A stretch of 52,470 nt of DNA from Macrostomum lignano (lineage: Eukaryota). The stretch lies in NCBI GenBank assembly GCA_002269645.1, contig NIVC01004264.1, positions 1 through 52,470 on the forward strand, read 5' to 3'. Made by a program: the position numbers and the translations under genes. This document shows positions 1 to 13,877 of this stretch, piece by piece. The notes beneath the pieces were generated by a model that was given only the letters and a program-made list of their open reading frames with translations, searched no databases and had not been told where the DNA came from. Every line of letters starts with the position of its first letter. Position 1 is the first letter of the stretch.

Positions 1-1560
1 CAGGGCATAATAATACAGGCATGATAAGACAGGCATGATAAGACAGGCATGATAAGACAGGACATGATAAGACAGGCATGATAAGACAGGCATGATAAGA
101 CAGGACATGATAAGACAGGCATGATAAGACAGGCATGAAAAGACAGGCATGAAAAGACAGGCATGATAAGACAGGCATGAAAAGACAGGCATGATAAGAC
201 AGGGCATGATAAGACAGTGCATGATAATAGGAGTACAGGCATGATAAGACAGGCATGATAAGACAGGCATGAAAAGACAGGCATGATAAGACAGGCATGA
301 TAAGACAGGCATGATAAGACAGGCATGAAAAGACAGGGAATAATAATACAGGCATGATAAGACAGGCATGATAAGACAGGACATGATAAGACAGGCATAA
401 TAAGACAGGCATGAAAAGACAGGCATGATAAGACAGTGCATGATAATACGAGTACAGGCATGATAAGACAGGCATGATACGACAGGCATGAAAAGACAGG
501 GCATGATAAGACAGTGCATGATAATACGAGTACAGGCATGATAAGACAGGCATGATACGACAGGCATGAAAAGACAGGCATGATAAGACAGGACATGATA
601 AGACAGTGCATGATAATAGGAGTACAGGCATGATAAGACAGGCATGATACGACAGGCATGAAAAGACAGGCATGATAAGACAGGCATGATAAGACAGGCA
701 TGATAAGACAGGCATGATAAGACAGGGTATAATAAGACAGGCATGAAAATACAGGGCATGATAAGACAGTGCATGATAATACGAGTACAGGCATGATAAG
801 ACAGGCATGATACGACAGGCATGAAAAGACAGGCATGATATGACAGGACATGATAAGACAGTGCATGATAATAGGAGTACAGGCATGATAAGACAGGCAT
901 GATACGACAGGCATGAAAAGACAGGCATGATAAGACAGGACATGATAAGACAGGCATGATAAGACAGGCATGAAAAGACAGGGCATATAATACAGGCATG
1001 ATAAGACAGGCATGATAAGACAGGCATGATAAGACAGGCATAATAAGACAGGCATGAAAAGACAGGGCATGATAAGACAGTGCATGATAATACGAGTACA
1101 GGCATGATAAGACAGGCATGATACGACAGGCATGAAAAGACAGGCATGATAAGACAGGACATGATAAGACAGTGCATGATAATAGGAGTACAGGCATGAT
1201 AAGACAGGCATGATACGACAGGCATGAAAAGACAGGCATGATAAGACAGGACATGATAAGACAGGCATGATAAGACAGGCATGAAAAGACAGGCATGATA
1301 AGACAGGCATGATAAGACAGGCATGATAAGACAGGCATGATAAGACAGGGCATAATAAGACAGGCATGAAAAGACAGGGCATGATAAGACAGTGCATGAT
1401 AATACGAGTACAGGCATGATAAGACAGGCATGATACGACAGGCATGAAAAGACAGGCATGATAAGACAGGCATGAAAAGACAGGGCATGATAAGACAGTG
1501 CATGAAAAGACAGTGCTTGATAATACGAGTACAGGCATGATAAGACAGGCATGATTAGAC
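1..1560. repeat. Minisatellite, ~14-bp unit ACAGGCATGATAAG with higher-order variants; probably intronic
   Basis: Tandem unit read directly, with interspersed variants such as AATACGAGTACAGG and GACAGTGCATG. Confidence 0.97.
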
Positions 1561-1640
1561 AGGCAAGCAATACAGAAGGAAAAGACTCAGAGAGAGACAA
1601 ACTTAAGGTTTCTGGTTCCGGCCAATCCCTTGCGCCGCAG

Positions 1641-3096
<1,456 letters not shown>

Positions 3097-3140
3097 GTAG
3101 CTTTGAGATGCGATGAGATCCCGTCTGGCTCGCTTTCTCT

Positions 3141-4110
3141 GTGAGAGAAGTCGGGCTTATCTACCTCTCTACCCCCCCACTCAAATCTGACTTATCTACC
3201 TCTCTACTCCCACTCAAATCGGGCTTGTCTCCCTCTTTACCCCCACTCAAATCGGGCTTGTCTCCCTCTTTACCCCCACTCAAATCGGGCTTGTCTCCCT
3301 CTTTACCCCCCACTCAAATCGGGCTTGTCTCCCTCTTTACCCCCCCCGCCCACTCAAATCGGGCTTGTCTCCCTCTTTACCCCCCGCCCACTCAAATCGG
3401 GCTTGTCTCCCTCTTTACCCCCCACTCAAAGTCAGGCTTATCTCACTCTCTACCCCCACTCAAATCGGGCTTGTCTCCCTCTTTACCCCCCGCCCTCTCA
3501 AATCGGGCTTGTCTCCCTCTTTACCCCCCGCCCACTCAAATCGGGCTTGTCTCCCTCTTTACCCCCGCCCACTCAAATCGGGCTTGTCTCCCTCTTTACC
3601 CCCCACTCAAATCAGGCTTGTCTCCCTCTTTACCCCCCGCCCACTCAAATCGGGCTTGTCTCCCTCTTTACCCCCCACTCAAATAGGGCTTGTCTCCCTC
3701 TTTGCCCCCACTCAAATCGGGCTTGTCTCCCTCTTTACCCCCCGCCCTCTCAAATCGGGCTTATCTCCCTCTTTACCCCCCCCGCCCACTCAAATCGGGC
3801 TTGTCTCCCTCTTTACCCCCCGCCCACTCAAATCGGGCTTGTCTCCCTCTTTACCCCCGCCCACTCAAATCGGGCTTGTCTCCCTCTTTACCCCCGCCCA
3901 CTCAAATCGGGCTTGTCTCCCTCTTTACCCCCGCCCACTCAAATCGGGCTTGTCTCCCTCTTTACCCCCGCCCACTCAAATCGGGCTTGTCTCCCTCTTT
4001 ACCCCCCCACTCAAGTCAGGCTTATCTCACTCTCTACCCCCACTCAAATCGGGCTTATCTCACTCTCTACCCCCCGCCCACTCAAATCGGGCTTGTCTCC
4101 CTCTGTACCC
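3141..4110. repeat. Minisatellite, ~33-38-bp unit CTCAAATCGGGCTTGTCTCCCTCTTTACCCCC(GC)CCA
   Basis: Tandem units read directly. Confidence 0.96.
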
Positions 4111-4499
4111 GGCTTTAAATTTTAAATTTTCGCCGAGTTTACTTTAGCCTACATAGAGCTCTTTTTGAAGTTTGTATCCTACTTATAAACCTAGTAGTGT
4201 CACCAGCGCGTTGACATTGTTATTAGTCATTGCGCATTATATTCGGTGTTTTCATACTGTCTAACTGCTTTATTGCATTGCGATATTGAGTTCACCTATG
4301 ACTTATTTATTGAGCATCGATACTGTCTCACACATTGGAATTTTATATTGTGTGTTACCCTCAATTTACTTCGGTTAATGCGTTGTAATGATACTTTTAT
4401 CAAAGAAAATTATCAAAACGGGCATTGCCTTAGTTATGTAACAAACCAAATCTTAACTTTGTATTGTTATTTTTATCAAAGCGACCCTCTCAGGTTCTG

Positions 4500-5030
4500 T
4501 CAGTCTCAGCCATAACCTGACACACTCACTGATTCCCCTAGCATCTCTATTGTCAGCATCAGCCATAACCTGACACACTCGCTGATTCCCCTAGCATCTC
4601 TATTGTCAGCATCAGCCATAACCTGACACACTCCCTGATTCCCCTAGCATCTCTATTGTCAGCATCAGCCATAACCTGACACACTCGCTGATTCCCCTAG
4701 CATCTCTATTGTCAGCATCAGCCATAACTGACACACTCCCTGATTCCCCTAGCATCTCTATTGTCAGCATCAGCCATAACTGACACACTCCCTGATTCCC
4801 CTAGCATCTCTATTGTCAGCATCAGCCAAAACCTGACACACTCGCTGATTTCCCTAGCATCTCTATTGTCAGCATCAGCCATAACCTGACACACTCCCTT
4901 ATTCCCCTAGCATCTCTATTGTCAAGTCTCAGCCATAACCTGACACACTCCCTGATTCCCCTAGCATCTCTATTGTCAAGTCTCAGCCATAACACTCCCT
5001 GATTCCCCTAGCATCTCTATTGTCAGCATC
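4500..5030. repeat. Minisatellite, 53-bp unit CAGCCATAACCTGACACACTCGCTGATTCCCCTAGCATCTCTATTGTCAGCAT
   Basis: About 10 tandem copies; period measured as 4560 to 4613. Confidence 0.96.
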
Positions 5031-5090
5031 AGCTGTGGGTGACTTGGGAAGAAGTACAAATATTGCATCTGTAGCCAAGGAATTTTAAAT

Positions 5091-7500
5091 CTAGCAACTC
5101 CTTGCTGTAGCAAAAGCTTGTGTCAAAATTAGAAGTTCAAATGCCAAGGCAAGCGAGTCTTCAAGTAGGTCGTAGTCTATGGCATTAACTGTTCGGTATT
5201 GAATACAGTGCCCCCTCATGCTATTCTCATTTTTTAAATAGCGGGAAATCTGCTTAAGTTGGCATCGAAATTCTCAGCTTCCCGACGGCATTTCTGCTCA
5301 GCTTACTCGATACCATGCTCAGAAGGAATTGTCTCCGTACTTCAGGAAGACCCGTTCGCCCGTTGAGTAATTGGTAAGCGAGATGAGGATGGGCGCCGGT
5401 CGGTACACCTTCACACATCTGCAAAAGGTTTCTCCCGGGGTTTTTGAGGGTGCTGATCTAAAAGTTTCAGGTCAATCCGAATATCGCAAGTATTTTATGT
5501 ATCCAAACTGAAGAAGTCCGTCCCTTCTCTTTCGCTGTGGCCTATGGCTATATGCTACCTAAGGCCCTTGGCCTTAAGGTGATAAGGATTAGCTCCCTAC
5601 CCATTTTGCATCGGGCTTATCTCCCTCCCTACCCATTTTGCATCGGGCTTATCTCCCTCGCTACCCATTTTGCATCGGGCTTATCTCCCTCCCTACCCAT
5701 TTTGCATCGGGCTTATCTCCCTCCCTACCCATTTTGCATCGGGCTTTTCTCCCTCCCTACCCATTTTGCATCGGGATTTTCTCCCTCCCTACCCATTTTG
5801 CATCGGGCTTATCTCCCTCCCTACCCATTTTGCATCGGGCTTATCTCCCTCCCTACCCATTTTGCATCGGGCTTATCTCCCTCGCTACCCATTTTGCATC
5901 GGGCTTATCTCCCTCCCTACCCATTTTGCATCGGGCTTTTCTCCCTCCCTACCCTTTTTGCATCGGGCTTATCTCCCTCCCTACCCTTTTTGCATCGGGC
6001 TTATCTCCCTCCCTACCCATTTTGCATCGGGCTTATCTCCCTCCCTATCCATTTTGCATCGGGCTTTTCTCCCTCCCTACCCTTTTTGCATCGGGCTTAT
6101 CTCCCTCCCTACCCATTTTGCATCGGGCTTATCTCCCTCCCTACCCATTTTGCATCGGGCTTATCTCCCTCCCTACCCTTTTTGCATCGGGTTTATTTCC
6201 ACCCTACCCTTTTTGCATCGGGCTTATTATCTCCCTCCCTACCCTTTTTGCATCGGGCTTATTTCCACCCTACCCTTTTTGCATCGGGCTTATCTCCCTC
6301 CCTACCCTTTTTGCATCGGGTTTATCTCCCTCCCTACCCATTTTGCATCGGGCTTATCTCCCTCCCTACCCATTTTTCATCGGGCTTATCTCCCTCCCTA
6401 CCCTTTTTGCATCGGGCTTATTTCCACCCTACCCTTTTTGCATCGGGCTTATCTCCCTCCCTACCCTTTTTGCATCGGGTTTATCTCCCTCCCTACCCTT
6501 TTTGCATCGGGCTTATTTCCACCCTACCCTTTTTGCATCGGGTTTATCTTCCTCCCTACCCTTTTTGCATCGGGCTTATTTCCACCCTTCCCATTTTGCA
6601 TCGGGCTTATCTCCCTCCCTACCCTTTTTGCATCGGGCTTATTTCCACCCTACCCTTTTTGCATCGGGTTTATCTCCCTCCCTACCCTTTTTGCATCGGG
6701 CTTATCTCCCTCCCTACCCTTTTTGCATCGGGTTTATCTCCCTCCCTACCCATTTTGCATCGGGCTTATCTCCCTCCCTACCCATTTTGCATCGGGCTTA
6801 TCTCCCTCCCTACCCTTTTTGCATCGGGCTTATTTCCACCCTACCCTTTTTGCATCGGGCTTATCTCCCTCCCTACCCTTTTTGCATCGGGTTTATCTCC
6901 CTCCCTACCCTTTTTGCATCGGGCTTATTTCCACCCTACCCTTTTTGCATCGGGTTTATCTCCCTCCCTACCCTTTTTGCATCGGGCTTATTTCCACCCT
7001 TCCCATTTTGCATCGGGCTTATCTCCCTCCCTACCCTTTTTGCATCGGGCTTATTTCCACCCTACCCTTTTTGCATCGGGTTTATCTCCCTCCCTACCCT
7101 TTTTGCATCGGGCTTATCTCCCTCCCTACCCTTTTTGCATCGGGTTTATCTCCCTCCCTACCCTTTTTGCATCGGGCTTATTTCCACCCTACCCTTTTTG
7201 CATCGGGCTTATCTCCCTCCCTACCCTTTTTGCATCGGGTTTATCTCCCTCCCTACCCATTTTGCATCGGGCTTATCTCCCTCCCTACCCTTTTTGCATC
7301 GGGCTTTTCTCCCTCCTTACCCTTTCTTTGCATTGGGTTCTTCCTTGGATTTATTGCGAAAACTTTACACCGAATACTCTTATACACTGTACTTTAAACT
7401 GTTCCATTGCCTGCCAACCCGAATTTTCCCAATACAAGCGCTTCAAAACATGCCGGCAGTCTCGGGCCGTGGATGAGTCCTCCCGCCAATGCGACGACAT
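5091..7500 (-). CDS. Candidate 3-exon small protein of unknown function; exons 7500(or further 5')-7393, 5418-5307, 5176-5091
   Basis: Canonical GT/AG sites with matching phases (0, 1) give MSSHWREDSSTARDCRHVLKRLYWENSGWQAMEQFK-MCEGVPTGAHPHLAYQLLNGRTGLPEVRRQFLLSMVS-NYDLLEDSLALAFELLILTQAFATARSC*; no homology recognised. Confidence 0.45.
5595..7330. repeat. Minisatellite, 32-bp unit ACCCATTTTGCATCGGGCTTATCTCCCTCCCT
   Basis: Over 50 tandem units; explains the long ORFs in all three + frames. Confidence 0.97.
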
Positions 7501-7659
7501 GTTCAAAAAAACGGCAACAATAAAAAGCCATCTGGTTCGGCTGATTTTGCTAATGACAAAAGTTGCGGTCACTTGAGCGATACGACTCGGTTTTGCCTGC
7601 AGACTAACAATAACAAGAGAGAGCGCAGGTAAGAAGGCTGAGGAACTTGGGTGGAGGAG

Positions 7660-8075
7660 GGTGAGGCGTCACTGAGGGACTCAGATGAAATTGGGTGAGG
7701 CGTCACTGAGGGACTCAGATGAAATTGGGTGAGGCGTCACTGAGGGACTCAGATGAAACAGGGTGAGGCGTCACTGAGGGACTCAGATGGAACAGGGGAA
7801 CAGGGTGAGGCGTCACTGAGGGACTCAGATGAAATTGGGTGAGGCGTCACTGAGGGACTCAGATGGAACAGGGTGAGGCGTCACTGAGGGACTCAGATGG
7901 AACAGGGGAACAGGGTGAGGCGTCACTGAGGGACTCAGATGGAACAGGGTGAGGCGTCACTGAGGGACTCAGATGGAACAGGGGAACAGGGTGAGGCGTC
8001 ACTGAGGGACTCAGATGGAACAGGGTGAGGCGTCACTGAGGGACTCAGATGGAACAAGGTGAGGCGTCACTGAGG
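7660..8075. repeat. Minisatellite, ~34-bp unit GTGAGGCGTCACTGAGGGACTCAGATG(G/A)AA(CA/TT)GG
   Basis: About 12 tandem units. Confidence 0.95.
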
Positions 8076-8274
8076 TGACTTAAAGGTTGAACTTCGGGAC
8101 CAAAGGAGTGGTGCTATAGAAGGCACTCGAATAGCTATTTGTTTTTTTAAGCTGTAGTTTAAATAATCTTTCGCACCTGCTAATTCGCTAATTAAATCCG
8201 CCCTTTCCATTCCTACACGATTCAATTAGCGCTGTGGCGGCAACATCAAAGAGCGCTGACAGTCTATCCAAGCT

Positions 8275-8730
8275 ATGGCTGAATCAGCCGGTGCAAGAGT
8301 CCCCGACGGCCACCCGGACATCATCAGTAACCATCTGGACGACGATGAGTCCGCTGTGCAATCGGTCGATTCTGAAGTCACCACCCGGCCGACCCTGACA
8401 ACGGAGCGGGCGACCCTTCGAACTCGACTGGACCTGCAGACGAACAACAGCCGGCGGGAGAGAGTCTGGGGCGTCGGCAGCGGCAGCTGCGGTCCTGCCT
8501 CATCGTCGGCTGCCGGCGAAGAACTTTGCGACGACTACGAGGTCGTGTCGGAGCTGACTGAGCCAATTAGTGAGACTATTTATTATTGTCGCTTTTTATT
8601 CAAATATGGTCGATTAATAGGTCATAAAAATCTCTATTAAAGTGCCTTTTTTCATCTTTTAGGCTTGGAGAACACAAGCGCTGTGGCTAAAGGTACGCCG
8701 GCGAGAGTCTTTATGATAAAAATGGAGAAA

Positions 8731-8818
<88 letters not shown>

Positions 8819-11800
8819 TGTCTTTTGAATATAATTTTTATTATCTGCAATAATGTCCAAACAATCCATATCTGTCTCTCTCACAAACTGAACCATCCCA
8901 CACAATGTACTCCTCCAGGCTCGGATGCAATGGTGAAGAACTCGCTCTCCCGCCCGACTGAGATCATCGACACTTCCAAGCTAGTCGAGGAGGGCAAAGT
9001 CTCCACAGAGTACATTGACGAACCAGAAATTATCGAGGAGCAGGGTGAGATGCACAAGCATTGACGTATATTCGCACATTATTACGTATGACCTATATTA
9101 CTAACAATAAAAGCAAGATTTTGAATTTCTGCAGATCGCGCCATGATAGACGAATACGAAAAGACATTCGCATACGCCAGACGTCTCAGAGGGCTGCTCA
9201 ACATGAAGTTCAAAGAGTTGGACAGGGGCACGGTTGATACCAACTTCTTGCTGATCAAAGCGCACGAGCACCCGACTCAACGGCTGATCGAACGCTGGCG
9301 GAACGTCGACTACGGCATCTCCTATAACGAGCAGGTGAAACGGCAGAAACTCATCGAAGATTATCGGGCCAATGCGGTCAAGAAGAAGGGCAAGAAAGGC
9401 GACGAACAGGAGCCAGTGTACCCGGATCAAATTCGATTCACGGTGCGATTTAGGCAGGAGAATTCCGAGAAACGCTGGAAAGATTACCTGAACTACAGAA
9501 AGAACCAGAAAAAACTCGGCGGAAAGAAGGGATCTGGCCCGGTGCCCAAGGTGAGTGGATTTTGGTTTGGAGTGTGAGGATCTAAATGAAAATCAGTAGG
9601 GATCTAGATGCCAGTCAGTAGGGATCTAGCTGTTAGTCAGTAGGGATCTAGGTCTCAGTCAGTAGGAATCTAGATGCTAGTAAGTAGGGATCTAGATGCT
9701 AGTCAGTAGGGATCTAGCTGTTAGTCAGTAGGGATCTAGCTGTTAGTCAGTAGGGATCTAGGTCTCAGTCAGTAGGAATCTAGATGCTAGTAAGTAGGGA
9801 TCTAGATGCCAGTCAGTAGGGATCTAGCTGTTAGTCAGTAGGGATCTAGGTCTCAGTCAGTAGGAATCTAGATGCTAGTAAGTAGGGATCTAGATGCTAG
9901 TCAGTAGGGATCTAGCTGTTAGTCAGTAGGGATCTAGCTGTTAGTCAGTAGGGATCTAGGTCTCAGTCAGTAGGAATCTAGATGCTAGTAAGTAGGGATC
10001 TAGATGCTAGTCAGTAGGGATCTAGATATTAGTCAGTAGGGGATCTAGATATTAGTCAGTAGGGATCTAGATGCTAGTAAGTAGGGATCTAGATGCTAGT
10101 CAGTAGGGATCTAGATATTAGTCAGTAGGGGATCTAGATATTAGTCAGTAGGGATCTAGATGCTAGTCAGTAGGGATCTAGATCACCATCAGTAGGAGTC
10201 TAGATGCCCGTCAGTAGGGATCTAGCTGTTGGTCAGTAGGGATATAGATGGTAGTCAGTAGGAGATCTAGATATTAGTCAGTAGGGGATCTAGATGTTAG
10301 TCAGTAGGGGATCTAGATGTTAGTCAGTAGGGGATCTAGATATTAGTCAGTAGGGGATCTAGATGTTAGTCAGTAGGAGATCTAGATAATAGTCAGTAGG
10401 AGATCTAGATGTTAGTCAGTAGGGGATCTAGATGTTAGTCAGTAGGAGATCTAGATGTTAGTCAGTAGGGTCAGTAGGTCAATGTAACATAGAGTGTGGT
10501 GTGTGTGTGATGTGTTTAACGCGGCCGTAGAGTTATCATTTTCTACTCAACGTGCCTCCAAGGCAAGAAAAAAGGCATTGCATGTACACATCGACAACCA
10601 AAACCCGTCAACTGCCCGCAGCCCAACGACAAGTACGTGTTCGCCTTTCTAGACATCTGGTCTTACGCGCTGGTGGTGTTTGTGAAGCCATCGGCATGCG
10701 TGAAGGACATCATTAACCCTGTGTTCGCCAGGCTGGGGCTGGAACAGCGGGCGGACTTCACCTACACAGTTGGCTGCTTCAAAAACGACAAAAGGGCCGG
10801 AAAAGCGAAGATTATTGGAGTTCCGAATGGTGAGGCCGGCTTTTCATTGCTTTTAGATTAAAGCTTGATTTGCAGGCTTGCAGCTGTGCTCAATGCAATA
10901 CCCAGCCCCCTGACCCGAGTGACACTGCACTCTGCCCCTCTGAGCTGTTTCGCGAACGCGTGCGCGCTAGGATTCTTTAACCCTATGCGTCTTTTCTATT
11001 CTATTCTAGCCCCAACCCTTCACTAGATAACCTCTCACCAGCCTTAACTCCTCAACAGCCCCAACCCCCTCACCAGCCCCAACTCCTCACCAATCCCAAC
11101 CCCTCACCAGCCCTAACCCCTCACCAGCTCCAACCCCTCACCAGCCCCACCCCCCTCACCAGCCCCACCCCCCTCACCAGCTCCACCCCCTCACCAGCCC
11201 AAACCCCTCAACAGCCCCAACTCCTCACCAGCCCCAATTCCTCACCAGCCCCAAACCCCTCACCAGCCCCAAACCCCTCACCAGCCCCAACTCCTCACCA
11301 GCCCCAACCCCTCATCAGCCTCAATCTCTCCCAATCCCCAATCTCTCACCAGCCCCAACCCCTCACCAGCCCCAACTCCTCACCAGCCCCAACCCCTCAC
11401 CAGCCCCAACCCCTCACCAGCCCCAACCCCTCATCAGCCCCAACCCCTCACCAGCCCCAACCCCTCACCAGCCCAACCTCTCACCAGCCCCAACCCCTCA
11501 CCAGCCCCAACCCCTCACCAGCCCAACCCCTCACCAGCCCAACCCCTCATCAGCCCTAACCCCTCACCAGCCCCAACCTCAGCACAGCAACTTCAACGGC
11601 TCACTACCCCTGAAGTGTCCCTTCGCAAACCCTCCCCACCGCAGGGCCTGAGCCAGTGGACGTGAACACCTTGGCCAGCGATCTGTACAAGAGCAACTGC
11701 ACCGAGATCTACGTGAATGACAACCGCTGCGAGATGTTCTCGATCTTTCCAACATATTACAATCCCGCATTAGCCAACAAGATAGACGAGGAACAAGACA

Positions 11801-12156
11801 AGAAAAAGAAAGGCAAAGGCAAAGGCAAAGACAAGGGCAAAGACAAAGGCGGCAAGAATAAAAGCAACGCTGAGAATTTTGCTTCTAGCAACGTTAGCGC
11901 CAACAATTTCGCCAAAGCTGACCAGTCTTTGTCTTCGTCTTTGTCGTCTTCATCGTCGGAGTCGGAGTCGGCGCAGAAGAAATCGCCCAAAGATTTGAAT
12001 CAGCGGATTCACCGCCAGGCGGACTTATTCGACAAAACTACGGCGACAACGGAGGCGGCGGCTCTCTCGGCGACGGTGGCGCCGATCTCGCCGCTGCTGG
12101 CCTCTCGCCGGTACCTGGCAGTCGTGGAGGAGACCTCCCACGAAAGCCTGGCCTAG
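8275..12156 (+). CDS. Unknown ~528-aa protein (paralog B); exons 8275-8569, 8663-8692, 8919-9044, 9135-9550, 10622-10829, 11645-12156
   Basis: All five introns are GT-AG with matching phases (1,1,1,0,1) and give an uninterrupted frame. The 208-nt exon matches paralog A's 208-nt exon. Lys-rich and Ser-rich low-complexity C-terminus. Start codon tentative. Confidence 0.8.
8731..8818. repeat. (TCTG)n microsatellite, intronic
   Basis: Direct reading. Confidence 0.97.
9590..10470. repeat. Minisatellite, ~22-bp unit TCAGTAGGGATCTAGATGCTAG, intronic
   Basis: About 40 tandem variant units. Confidence 0.96.
11000..11580. repeat. Minisatellite, ~17-18-bp unit CTCACCAGCCCCAACCC, intronic
   Basis: Tandem units read directly. 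Confidence 0.95.
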
Positions 12157-12749
12157 AAGCCGGCTTTAGTTGATATAAGCAAATTAGACAGAAGTGCAAG
12201 CAAGGCATTCAAGCTTCTGACAGGCTTTTGAACACGTCCAAAACTTTTTCTCTGCTCAGAGCAGTTTGTTTCATTTTCATAACTCTACGTACTTCGTATG
12301 AGTAGTAACTACCATATGCTCTTACCCACTGTATCATCCGCAACACTTGAAGTACGCGTACCGGTAAATACGTGGCATTTTTGTTTGTCGAATTGTATTT
12401 TTTATCGGCAAGTTTTCGCTTCTGTTGAAATCGAGACACCCAACGTAATGAAGGGCCTTTAAACTTTTCAAAAAACTGACCCCTCTGCTTTGTTTATCGA
12501 CGAAGGACTCTCTCTATACAATGTACCGACTGTGGAAGTACTTATGCTACTTTATTAGCAAGGAGTACAATATGTACTTTTCTTTTTCTAACATTTTACT
12601 CCCGTAAGAATAAAAATTAAAGTGTCAAGAAAATACAATACGCCATGCAAGTATAAACTTAAACCATACAAATATAAATACTGTACGCTCGGGCACTGAA
12701 GTTGAAGAATTAAGAAACAATTGCTCGGCTTGTCTTTTCTAGCATTGAT

Positions 12750-13360
12750 TTTTGCTGTCCCTCTACCTCTCCCTCTACGTCTCCCTCTACCTCTCTACTT
12801 CTCCCGCTCCAGCTCCCTTCCCCTCTCTCTTTCTCCCCCTCGTCCTCTCACTCTCCTTATCCCTCTCCTTCTACCTCTCTAACTCTCCATCTCCCTCTAC
12901 CTCTACCTCTCGCTCTACCTCTCGCTCTACCTCTCCCTCTCCCTCTACCTCTCCCTCTCCTTCTACCTCTCTCTCTCCCTCTACCTCTCCCTCTCCCTCT
13001 CCCTCTACCTCTCCCTCTCACTCTCTCTACCTCTCCCTCTTCCTCTCCCTATTCCTCTATTCCTCTCCCTCTCACTCTACCTCTCCCTCTTCCTCTCCCT
13101 ATCCCTCTCCCTCTCCCTCTCCCTTTACCTCTTCTCTCCCTCTACCTCTCTACTTCTCTCGCTCTAACTCCCTTCTCTTCTCTCTTCCTCCCACTCCCTC
13201 TCCCTCTCCTTATCCCTCTCCCTCTCTCTTCCTCTTTCTACCCCCTCTTCCTCTCCGTCTACCTCTCTCTCTTCCTCTCTCTCTTCCCCTCTCTCTACCT
13301 CTGCCACTCCTTCTACTTCTCTTTAATCTCCCTCTCCCACTCCCTCTCCCTTTACCCCTC
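12750..13360. repeat. Polypyrimidine (CT-rich) low-complexity tract
   Basis: Almost purely C/T over ~600 bp. Confidence 0.93.
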
Positions 13361-13877
13361 CGTTTTTTACCCCACGAAAATGCCAAAATGAATCTCAATG
13401 ACTCTTCAAGTAATCCTAACTGCTACCAATAACGATACGAAGCAAAGAGAGCGCGCCCTGGTCAGAACGAGACAAACATTCGGTGTAGTAAAGCAATCTG
13501 GTCGCACGCCCGGCCCCCGCTCTCTGCCATGCAATTGACAAAATTCGTTGTTAGCCACGTGGCCCCAAAACAGAGAGAGCAAGATACAGATATACATGTA
13601 AGGGGGGCTGGCCTAAATCGCTAGAAACTGTGCAATCTTGATCTTCTGCTTTGGCCAGTCAGGAGGGGGAACATGCACATAGTAAAAGAGCGAGCGAGCG
13701 AGAAAGAGAGAGAATAATGAAAGGTAAGTAGAGTGCAACAGCTGTGACAGCCGAAAATATGGGAGGGGGCTTGCTTACGAAACTCCCCAAGATTATTTTT
13801 TATAATCGGCCAAAAAGCTGATCCTTAACCCGAAAAGCAACCCGCAGCGACTCAACAATCCAGTCGGCAACTGGAGC

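Noticed and set aside
3141-4147. Pro/Leu-rich ORFs
   Set aside because: Minisatellite read-through
5537-7576. Three long + strand ORFs (575-679 aa)
   Set aside because: Translations of a stop-free 32-bp minisatellite; periodic in all three frames
7660-8075. CRISPR-like regular repeats (also 4500-5030)
   Set aside because: Units are head-to-tail with no unique spacers; eukaryotic context and no cas genes
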